Assembly (NCBI GenBank): GCA_964452145.1
Contig: CAYVLA010000022.1
Location: 1 to 36,391 of the forward strand
Reading direction: 5' to 3'
Source: Candidatus Hadarchaeota archaeon
Lineage (GTDB): Archaea > CAYQAE01 > CAYVLA01
Length of the DNA stretch: 36,391 nt
A program made the translations under genes and the position numbers. Below are positions 16,774 through 24,478 of the stretch, piece by piece; position 1 is the stretch's first letter; every line of letters begins with the position of its first letter. The notes below the pieces were generated by a model. It searched no databases. It worked only from the letters and a program-made list of their open reading frames with translations, and had not been told where the DNA came from.

Positions 16774-17613
16774 CTATCCGAGGTTCTTGATGAGTATGGT
16801 GGGTATCCCGACTTCGACGATTCGACCATCAGCCTCGACCTCGATCCTCTCAATGAATCTCGCGCCAGAGAGATTGCTTCTCATCTCCTTGGTCGCCCCT
16901 TTGATGTTGGGTCTCCATCTCAGTGTTACGGAAACGGTATCTCCCGGGGCAAGGTCTGTCAACCTGATCACTCCTGACCGGGGTCTATCCGTCATCGGCC
17001 TCTCATCGGTCCGCTTCTCCCGCGAGTACTCGGTGAGATTGTCTCTTGCTTCGACACAGATGTAATCGAGCGTATCATCCGCCATGATGAAGAAATCCTC
17101 CATCCCTCTGAAGCATCCGACCAGGTGGTTGCTCGAGTTGAAGAGGAATTCATAGACCAGGAACGCACCGCTGCCCACGATGCCGCCTGAAGAGGCATCG
17201 AAGTCGTAAGTGCAGAGGACGTGCTTGACGCCCTGAAGGTAGATCACCTCGTTCAGGATTCTCGGCCCAGCACCGTACTGGGCAAGGATTGCCGAGAGGT
17301 TGCTGAGCGGTGGATCCGACAGAAGATCGTTCGGATCGTCCATTGCCTGGCCCATCCTCTCACCAAACCCAGCGTACTCGACGGTGGAGATGAATCGTAT
17401 GTCAAGGATGGCAATGTCACGCTGGCAGACCAAGGACAAAGTCAGCGAGGGCGAGTCTTCCCTCATCCCGAACAGATCTTGGGGATACTTGAAGAGCGTC
17501 AACTCAACGGGCTGCTGGCTTGAAGGTCTCGTTGAGCGGAGGTGGACGTAGGCGGTGCCCACTATCAAGGCGATGATGGCTATTCCAACGTATTGTTTCG
17601 CTATGATCGCCAG
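16774..17613 (-). CDS. Hypothetical N-terminally anchored protein, partner A2 (paralog of 1359-2150); probable CTG start
   Basis: Frame is open upstream of TTG 17568 to CTG 17613, giving (M)AIIAKQYVGIAIIALIVGTAY with GAGGAG 9 nt upstream. Motifs LVCQR..LDIRF, YDF and NHL.GCFRGMEDFF. Confidence 0.75.
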   Translation of the reverse strand: MAIIAKQYVGIAIIALIVGTAYVHLRSTRPSSQQPVELTLFKYPQDLFGMREDSPSLTLSLVCQRDIAILDIRFISTVEYAGFGERMGQAMDDPNDLLSDPPLSNLSAILAQYGAGPRILNEVIYLQGVKHVLCTYDFDASSGGIVGSGAFLVYEFLFNSSNHLVGCFRGMEDFFIMADDTLDYICVEARDNLTEYSREKRTDERPMTDRPRSGVIRLTDLAPGDTVSVTLRWRPNIKGATKEMRSNLSGARFIERIEVEADGRIVEVGIPTILIKNLG

Positions 17614-17617
17614 AGAG

Positions 17618-18862
17618 CTACGCTCCTCGAGTGAGTTGTACCTCCCGGAATCTGCTCCTTCGTATCATCAGGCTGTAGAGGATCGATCCACTGATCAGGA
17701 GAGTGCCGGTGACGGATAGCCATTCGACGAGGTAGACGTAGAAGAGCGCTTGGTCTTTGAGTCTCATGGCCTCGATTCTGGCGGCGGAGTTCATCTCATC
17801 GGTGTGTCTCATGAGGTCAAGGGCAGCATCGAAGTTCTGTGCTAGGTACTGCATTTCCGCCTGGTCCTTGACCTCGTCGAGGTCTTCCATCAGTTTTTCG
17901 ACCTTCCCAACTCGTCCGCCGAATTTCTCTACGAACTCAAGAATGGAGACCAAAACGTAGCGTCTTTCCTGGAAGTTGCTGAATTCCTCTCTGATCTTGT
18001 GGACGACTTGGATGTCGGCCGGTAAGGCCCTGTCTCTGGCGCTGAGTATTATGTTGACTAGAATATCAAATGCATACGGGTTGTTTGAGCGATGGTGTAG
18101 ATACCACCACCATCCGTGGTCTATGTCATCAGCCACTGCCCAGAAGTTGCCTCGACCGACGTCCATGCTGACCAACCAGGGAGTATCGGACTTCGAGAAC
18201 GATACCGGTTTGATGACGGCCCATGTCTGGCTTCCCTCTTTCTCGATCAGGGTGGTGAAGTGGTACCCCACAACCCTTTCTATGCCAAGGGGTATGAACA
18301 TGGACAGGACCGGTGGATCGGTCTTGGTAACCCTGATCGAGAAGTCGCTGTTGGGGCGCTTCATGGATGGATCCATCTTGACGGGAAGGATGTCCGCAAG
18401 GGTCGTTCCGAGCCATACGTACCACAGATTGCCCTCCGGGCTGTTCAGGCCTCCTCCCATGGTCACGAAACCCGACGCCCCATCCTCAACCACCACGTTT
18501 GCCAGGTGGGATATCTGGACGGTGGTCAGAGGCTGCAGGTTGCCGTCGGGGTACATGAAGAACTCGTATTGGCGCAGTTCGGATCTGGTTCGTGGGAAGT
18601 ACTGCCTGACGTATCTCTTCGCTTCATTCGGAGTAAAACCCGAGATGGTGTCGACGTCCGTCGGTATCAGGGTGAGTTCGAAGAGAGGATCGATCGGAAA
18701 CCAGTGAGGAAGAGGGCATTCAGCCGGAAAGACCTGGCCCATAGCCAGAACCCTGATCTTGTCTTGGGCAAGGACCGGGGTCGCTGCAACGAGCAGCACC
18801 ACACCGATGGAGCCCAAGGCAATCCTCAAGGGACCACCCACAGATAGACGATGCCTCCGCAA
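17618..18862 (-). CDS. Secreted, C-terminally anchored GATase1-like (DUF1355-like) protein, paralog P3
   Basis: Signal peptide ...IGVVLLVAATPVLA, then RQYFPRT, ILPV, EFVEKFGG and the tail LKDQALFYVY-TM-LMIRRSRFREVQLTR. Confidence 0.85.
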   Translation of the reverse strand: MRRHRLSVGGPLRIALGSIGVVLLVAATPVLAQDKIRVLAMGQVFPAECPLPHWFPIDPLFELTLIPTDVDTISGFTPNEAKRYVRQYFPRTRSELRQYEFFMYPDGNLQPLTTVQISHLANVVVEDGASGFVTMGGGLNSPEGNLWYVWLGTTLADILPVKMDPSMKRPNSDFSIRVTKTDPPVLSMFIPLGIERVVGYHFTTLIEKEGSQTWAVIKPVSFSKSDTPWLVSMDVGRGNFWAVADDIDHGWWWYLHHRSNNPYAFDILVNIILSARDRALPADIQVVHKIREEFSNFQERRYVLVSILEFVEKFGGRVGKVEKLMEDLDEVKDQAEMQYLAQNFDAALDLMRHTDEMNSAARIEAMRLKDQALFYVYLVEWLSVTGTLLISGSILYSLMIRRSRFREVQLTRGA

Positions 18863-18894
18863 GATATGGCTGAGTTCGGGGAAGGCTCGATGTC

Positions 18895-18909
18895 GATAAA
18901 TATCTTTGG
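18895..18909 (-). promoter_or_regulatory. Putative BRE/TATA promoter of the P3-A2-GH operon
   Basis: Minus strand reads CCAAAGATATTTATC about 35 nt upstream of TTG 18862. Confidence 0.6.
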
Positions 18910-19080
18910 ATTGGTCGATCGGATCGTTCCTGCAGCAACTCCGCCGTTGTACTCCGAGCGTTAATGCTCGTCAGGAACTGAAAGCATCGAGCGTCAAATC
19001 ATCAGAGTGGTCGGCATCGCGCATCACGTCGTCGCGCGGAGGATCACAGGACAGCACACAACAATGAGAGAGAATGAGGT

Positions 19081-19133
19081 GAAGGAAAAAAAGAGAATCG
19101 TTTTAGCAAAAGGGATGAACCGCATGACATGCG
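19081..19133 (-). terminator. Putative terminator of the Lys-rich peptide gene
   Basis: Inverted repeat CGCATG-A-CATGCG (19121-19133) is followed on the minus strand by TTCTCTTTTTTTCCTTC, with a T7 tract at 19086-19092. Confidence 0.65.
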
Positions 19134-19141
19134 GATGATCA

Positions 19142-19219
19142 TCACTTCTTCTTCTTTGCTACAGCTTTCTTTTTTGCAGGTGCTTTCTTCTTGGGGGGAG
19201 CCTTCTTTGCCGCCAACAT
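19142..19219 (-). CDS. Tiny Lys/Ala/Pro-rich basic peptide (histone H1 tail-like), MLAAKKAPPKKKAPAKKKAVAKKKK
   Basis: Hand-translated: ATG 19219 (or TTG 19216) to TGA 19142. SD GGAGGTGA at 19230-19223, with an upstream TATA and downstream T-tract. Below the ORF-track size cutoff. Confidence 0.85.
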   Translation of the reverse strand: MLAAKKAPPKKKAPAKKKAVAKKKK

Positions 19220-19264
19220 CAATCACCTCCGCTCGTGCACGTGAATTCGAGATGCAGAGTGATG

Positions 19265-19280
19265 TATTAAATATTTTGGC
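19265..19280 (-). promoter_or_regulatory. Putative BRE/TATA promoter of the Lys-rich peptide gene
   Basis: Minus strand reads GCCAAAATATTTAATA about 35 nt upstream of the SD. Confidence 0.65.
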
Positions 19281-19425
19281 TTGATTCTGCGACGTGTGAA
19301 GAGATCCTCACCAGAACGCTTCGACTCATCACAGGCTGTGAGGATTATCACATCACGATCTCAGCGACTCAGGATGAATCTCATGATGGATGCGAGATCG
19401 ATCTGATGATGGTGTCGGTGTCAAA

Positions 19426-19443
19426 ACCGAAACGCGTTTCGGT
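19426..19443. repeat. Perfect 18-bp palindrome ACCGAAACGCGTTTCGGT
   Basis: The sequence is its own reverse complement and is followed by a near-perfect inverted repeat at 19451-19480. Confidence 0.9.
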
Positions 19444-19554
19444 CGTGCACACGTTTGATTCTCGACCGAGATCAAATCGTTGTCTTCAAGTCGTAGCTCG
19501 TGCGATGAGTACGATCACCGCAAATATTTCAGTCCAGGATGACAGCCGCAGATC

Positions 19555-20610
19555 GTGGATGATGAGATTCATCGCAAGGTCAGAGACTTGATCACGTCGT
19601 CCGTGAGCGACGGCCTGTTTCCCGGAGCGGTGTGGCACGCAGAGGAGCGTGGCGTGATTCTCACCGAGGGCCACACAGGTTGCGCAGAACTGGGCCCTCA
19701 GGGAAGGGAGATCAGTTCGGATTCGGTGTTCGATCTCGCCTCTTTGACCAAGCCCGTCTGCTGCGGAACGCTGTGCCTACTCATGAGTGAGGAGGGGCGA
19801 CTGGATCTTGGCGAACCGGTGGGATCCTATGTTCCGGAGTTCTCCGGGGGCTGTCGCGACGATGTCCGGGTGGTCCAGCTGCTTTGCCACAGTTCCGGGC
19901 TTCCCTCCGGAATCCCTCTGTCACGGATCTGCAGGGAACCAGGCGAGGTTCTGGACGCAGTTTGCAGATCCGAGATGGCGTACGCTCCCGGGACTCGGAG
20001 TCTTTACAGCGATGTTGGCTTCATCCTTCTGGGCAAGATGCTGGAACGTCTGACGGGATCCCCTCTTGACCGGCTCGCGCAGATCGAGGTATTCGGCCCT
20101 CTCGGGATGGACAGCAGCATGTTCGTTCCAGGCCCGCATCTGAGCGATCGACTAGTGGCAACCCAGCAGCTCGCGTCAGGGCAGGTCTTGGTCGGACAGG
20201 TGCACGATGGCAATGCCCGCTTCATGGGAGGAATCAGCGGGAATGCGGGGTTGTTCTCATCCGTCGCGGATCTATGCAAGTTCTGCAGGATGATGCTGGG
20301 GCGGGAGGGGAGCCTTCTGTCGGCATCGACGATCTCGGAGGCCACGCGGATCTGGATCGATGACGGGGCAAATGCTTACGGATTATCGTGGTTCAAGCGC
20401 AGATCTCCCGAGAACCCTGCAAGCATTCATTTCTCCCCGGAGGCGTACGGGCACACCGGCTACACAGGTACCTCGATCTGGATTGACCCAGCCAGAGACT
20501 TCTTCGCAATCCTCCTAACGAACAGGGTCCATCCCTTGGACCGAACCGAACGCATTCCCGAGATGAACCGTGTTCGCCGCAGGTTCCACAACATGTGTCT
20601 CGGTTTCTGA
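19555..20610 (+). CDS. Serine hydrolase, beta-lactamase class C / esterase family
   Basis: FDLASLTK (SxxK), LLCHSSGL, YSD.GF.LLG, GNAGLFS, YGHTGYTGT, LLTNR. Confidence 0.92.
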   Translation: MDDEIHRKVRDLITSSVSDGLFPGAVWHAEERGVILTEGHTGCAELGPQGREISSDSVFDLASLTKPVCCGTLCLLMSEEGRLDLGEPVGSYVPEFSGGCRDDVRVVQLLCHSSGLPSGIPLSRICREPGEVLDAVCRSEMAYAPGTRSLYSDVGFILLGKMLERLTGSPLDRLAQIEVFGPLGMDSSMFVPGPHLSDRLVATQQLASGQVLVGQVHDGNARFMGGISGNAGLFSSVADLCKFCRMMLGREGSLLSASTISEATRIWIDDGANAYGLSWFKRRSPENPASIHFSPEAYGHTGYTGTSIWIDPARDFFAILLTNRVHPLDRTERIPEMNRVRRRFHNMCLGF

Positions 20611-20645
20611 TTTCCTGCCATGTCCGGAAGATCGGAGAAATACCA

Positions 20646-21428
20646 TCATGCCCTCTTGGCCACTAGCACTAGGTTGCGGCTTCGACTCGTGTGGGGTGCA
20701 CCGTCGAAGTCACCGTACATGTTCACCACAACGAAGCCGGCCTTTCCCAGCAACCGGCCTAGATAGCGTCTGTCGAATATCCTCGCCATCCCCCGAGCAT
20801 CAAGCACTTCCTCTATCACATCGTCTCGACGCACCTCCCATGTAAGCCTAACCGAGACCCGGCCGGCTCCACGGGCAGGCTTGGTCACCACTCTCCTTAT
20901 GACATGGCGGTGATCGTCCAGAGATCTTCGCTCCGCGAAGCGACACTCCGTCCGTGCTCTCGTCCCTGGCTGAGACACATCGAGCGCCAGCGTACCGTCC
21001 GCATCAAGGACTCTCCCAATGCACTCAAGACATCTATTCTGGTCCCTGTGCGTCGTCATGTGTTCAAATGTCGCCGAAGGCATGTATACGAGGGGAAACC
21101 GATGCTTCAGATGGAAAGCCCGGATATCACCCAATATCAGCCTGACTCTATCACGCACGGAGGGGGTCTCCACGCCGAGCTTCTTCACGGCCTCCTTGAG
21201 CATGTGCTTCGAACCATCTATGCCCCAGGTCAGCACCCCTGCTCGGGCAATCTGTATGGCCACTCGTCCAGTCCCCACACCAAGCTCTAGAGCAGTGTCA
21301 CCACAGCGCAGTGCAAGGTTCCTGTAGAAGTCGACGTCCCGGTGGGAAGCGAAAAGGTCATAGAATTTTGAGGCGGGTCCGTAGCTAACCGAACCAATCA
21401 CGGGCGCCATCGCATCGTGCCGTCGCAC
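20646..21428 (-). CDS. Class I SAM-dependent methyltransferase
   Basis: YD.F...DV.FY, ALELGVGTGR, GIDGS..ML, GDIR.F, AGF.V...YGDFD. Start could instead be ATG 21410. Confidence 0.9.
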   Translation of the reverse strand: MRRHDAMAPVIGSVSYGPASKFYDLFASHRDVDFYRNLALRCGDTALELGVGTGRVAIQIARAGVLTWGIDGSKHMLKEAVKKLGVETPSVRDRVRLILGDIRAFHLKHRFPLVYMPSATFEHMTTHRDQNRCLECIGRVLDADGTLALDVSQPGTRARTECRFAERRSLDDHRHVIRRVVTKPARGAGRVSVRLTWEVRRDDVIEEVLDARGMARIFDRRYLGRLLGKAGFVVVNMYGDFDGAPHTSRSRNLVLVAKRA

Positions 21429-21557
21429 CGATCCTCAAATGTCTCTCTTACGATGCTTGTCCTGACCGCGCGAGAGTTCGGCTCTCAGTTGACGAGGCAA
21501 TCTAGAGATGCATCTTTAAAGGTCGTCCAGTGTCACATGAGATGGATCTCCTTGAAG

Positions 21558-24197
21558 ATGAGGATTGCCCTTGCGGGTTTGATCGTGGCGTGTGGTCTGC
21601 TTGCATGTGTCACCGCTCTGCAACCTGTGCACCTGGACACCGAGATCATCTATGGATTCCTGGATGGAGGAGATGTATGGCTCGGAACGGCTAGGAGTGG
21701 CATATTCGTCGTCGATCTGACATCGGGTGCCACGCACCAAATGGTGGAAGGAAGAGACATTCCGCTGAACTCGACGACATGCGGGGCTTCGGCCTTCGGA
21801 AGGATCTGGCTCGGTTCCGACAAAGGCCTCTGGGTCAGGCGAGTGTCCGACGCGCACTGGACCTTGATCGAGAGCGCTCTGCTACCCTCGACATCTGTGA
21901 AGTGCCTGGAGGTTCAAGGCAGTTTTCTGTGGGTGGGAACCAACAAGGGGGTGGCCAGGTACAGTTCGGAAGCGGATTCTTGGCGGACATACACCACCGC
22001 TGACGGACTGTCTGACAACTGGGTGCTTTCGATGGACTACGACGGGGAGTCGATGTGGTTCGGCACGATTCGAGGCGGCGTCTCTCGGCTCAGGCTCGAG
22101 GCGGATGACTGGAAGGCATGGGGCAAGAAGGATGGCCTACCATCCGACACCGTGTTTTCCGTTTCCGCATCCAGTGACTACGTGCTCATCGGAACCACGA
22201 CGGGTGCAGCGATTCTGCACCGCTCCAACGGTTCATGGATGGCATACACCGAGGAGTCACTGGGGAGCCCCACCGTTTTCTCGAGCCTCTTGGAGCCTCA
22301 GCAGGGCCTGGCATGGATCGGCACCGGAAAGGGCCTCTGCATTCTAAACCCTCTGAGCGGCGAGGCGAAACTGATAGGCAAGGTCGGCGAGATCGATCTG
22401 GGCAGGATCAACGGCCTTGCCGACATCGGCGGGGCTGTGTGGGTGATGAGGGGGCCGACCTACTGGTTCGCCCACAAGACGACGGGCTTCCTGGGCTATG
22501 AAAAGGCGACCTCGAAATGGGTTCGGCCGGTTGTTGTGGATGTTCTGGTTGATCAGTCAGGCTATGGTCCTGGCGATGGGAAGCGCTTCATCGTGCAGTG
22601 TAATGAGCCGCTCGAGGGAGAGACCACCTTCGTTGTGGAGAGTCTGGCGGGCAGGGTGGTCCATTCCGGTGTTCTTGGCCCTCGTGTGGATAGGGTGGAT
22701 TGGGATGCGTACTACTGGGTCGGCGATTTCTCGGAGCTGAAGGTGCGCGGCAACTTCACCGTCAAGGTTAGGATCGGCGATGTGGTCGCAACCTCCTTCG
22801 CTACCACGATCGATAACGAGATCCTGTTGAAGGAATGTGGTGAGTTGATATATGAGTTTTTGAGGTATATGCGCTGTGGCGTGGCCCATGAGTTCAGGGG
22901 GGTGGCCTGTCATCTTGATGATGGTGTTTGGCCTAACGGTAGTCATGTGGATGTGACTGGTGGGTGGCATTGCGCCGGCATCTGGGGTGGCAAGTGGTCG
23001 GAGTATCATACCTATGTGTTGTTCAATCTGCTTTTGGCTTTCGGTGTTCGTTCTGATTTCTTCGGGGGCATCGATCGGGATGGGGATGGTCTCCCGGATA
23101 TCTTGGGTGAGGCCATGTGGGGTTGTGACTTCCTGTTGAAGATGCAGGAGGTTGACGGGTCGATCTATCATGAGGTCGAGAAGGTCGAGGTGACCGATAA
23201 CATCATCGGTACGGCCGACGATCGAAAGGTGTTGGGGGAGATGTCGACGTACAATGGTCTGCTCGCGGTTGCGGGTCTGGCCGGGACATCTGCATTGGTG
23301 CGGGATCGATATCCGGATGATGCCGCCAGATATCTTGAGGGAGCCCTGAAAAGCTTCGACTACTATCGGAGGCAAGCCGGACCGACGTTGGGAGGTTCGC
23401 TGAATGGCGCGACCATGGCCCTTGCATGTGCCCAGCTCGGCAAAGCGACGGGAAACCAGAGCTACACGGAGATCGCCGAATGGTCGGTCAACCAGACATT
23501 GAGGCTCCCATTTCAAGGCTATTACGGTCCGTTCGTTCCGTGCGCCCTTGGTTTCTACCTTGAGCTGAACCCTTCGACCGTCTGGCGGCAGGGAATTGTG
23601 GATTACATCGTTGACATGGCTCGATCGAGGGTTTCGGCCGATCTGTCCGCATCCAACCCTCATCTGCCATTCGAGATCCCCACTTGGGCGCTGTACATAA
23701 TGGATCCGTGGGCTGCGGAGGTTCTGTTTGCATACCGCCTTACTGGGAACCGAACGTATCTGGACCATGCCTTGGGATTGATCGACTGTCATCTTGGCGT
23801 GAATCCCTACGGCATCTGCATGCTCGAGGGCACGGGGACGTTCAACCCGCCGGGCTACACATCCAGCTTCATCTCGCCCTCCAACCCCCGGGGAGCGGTT
23901 CCCGGATCGATACCGCAGGGCATATACACATTCCAGGGAAGGCCGTACTACCAGATGAGCTTGAATCCGCACTACGAGACGGGGGAGACTTGGCTGATCA
24001 ACACAAACTTTCTGCAGAGCATCAGCCTGCTGCCGCCCGATACGGCGGAGTATCCCATCGAAGTCCCCGAGTTGTCCATTGATGCCTCGTGGGCAGCGAT
24101 GCTGATGGTTGCAGTTGGCTTGGACTTCGGGAGCTCGCTCGTGGCTGCTCTGCGGAAGAGGCGGGGGAGTCAGGTGGCGGTTCCGGAATCACATTGA
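21558..24197 (+). CDS. Secreted fusion of beta-propeller (regulator-propeller-type repeats), Ig-like domain and GH9-like (alpha/alpha)6 domain, with C-terminal VPE-hydrophobic-basic anchor
   Basis: Signal peptide; repeats W.GT..G, TTADGLSDNWV and DGLPSDTV; VDQSGY....KR; DFSEL...G.F; DVTGGWH; ILGEAMWG.DFLLKMQ; HLGVNPYG..ML.G.G; VPGSIP.G. TTTAAA at 21515-21520. Alternative ATG 21537. Confidence 0.85.
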   Translation: MRIALAGLIVACGLLACVTALQPVHLDTEIIYGFLDGGDVWLGTARSGIFVVDLTSGATHQMVEGRDIPLNSTTCGASAFGRIWLGSDKGLWVRRVSDAHWTLIESALLPSTSVKCLEVQGSFLWVGTNKGVARYSSEADSWRTYTTADGLSDNWVLSMDYDGESMWFGTIRGGVSRLRLEADDWKAWGKKDGLPSDTVFSVSASSDYVLIGTTTGAAILHRSNGSWMAYTEESLGSPTVFSSLLEPQQGLAWIGTGKGLCILNPLSGEAKLIGKVGEIDLGRINGLADIGGAVWVMRGPTYWFAHKTTGFLGYEKATSKWVRPVVVDVLVDQSGYGPGDGKRFIVQCNEPLEGETTFVVESLAGRVVHSGVLGPRVDRVDWDAYYWVGDFSELKVRGNFTVKVRIGDVVATSFATTIDNEILLKECGELIYEFLRYMRCGVAHEFRGVACHLDDGVWPNGSHVDVTGGWHCAGIWGGKWSEYHTYVLFNLLLAFGVRSDFFGGIDRDGDGLPDILGEAMWGCDFLLKMQEVDGSIYHEVEKVEVTDNIIGTADDRKVLGEMSTYNGLLAVAGLAGTSALVRDRYPDDAARYLEGALKSFDYYRRQAGPTLGGSLNGATMALACAQLGKATGNQSYTEIAEWSVNQTLRLPFQGYYGPFVPCALGFYLELNPSTVWRQGIVDYIVDMARSRVSADLSASNPHLPFEIPTWALYIMDPWAAEVLFAYRLTGNRTYLDHALGLIDCHLGVNPYGICMLEGTGTFNPPGYTSSFISPSNPRGAVPGSIPQGIYTFQGRPYYQMSLNPHYETGETWLINTNFLQSISLLPPDTAEYPIEVPELSIDASWAAMLMVAVGLDFGSSLVAALRKRRGSQVAVPESH

Positions 24198-24478
24198 CTC
24201 GTCCATCTGAGGCGGTCTGTGTGAAGCTGGTCGGTTTCTGATCCGTACGATGCTTTGCCTCTTCTCTGCAATCGTGCGGCCATTGGATTTTGTGCGAACC
24301 GGCCGACCTCATCTACAGTCTGCGAACTGGGAGAAGCAGTCGGCCGGGACGCTGGTGGACGGGGTGCTGGCTCTGGATCGGCCCACCGGAAGGGTCGATC
24401 GGCTCGAAAAGAGGAGAGGGTTCCGGGGAACAGGACCTTTGGCGGTGGCTTTGCCCGCAATGACCGAGCCCAAGCGGC

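Noticed and set aside
19044..19226. ORF-track 60-aa ORF MIDVGGKEGSPQEESTCKK...
   Set aside because: Shadow frame: its start codon lies within the SD, and the Lys-rich frame fits the SD spacing and terminator.
19395..19470. Hammerhead-like CTGATGA...GAAAC
   Set aside because: The stem II junction would need a T-C pair or an extra base, stem I does not pair at the core, and the GAAAC is explained by the 18-bp palindrome.
22557..23972. 471-aa antisense ORF and similar long antisense ORFs (15765-16736, 17976-18847)
   Set aside because: Typical antisense shadows of GC-rich coding genes with no recognisable motifs.
24380..24420. SRP RNA-like CCGGAAGG loop
   Set aside because: Lacks the helix-8 CAGG...AGCA internal loop and the long terminal helix.
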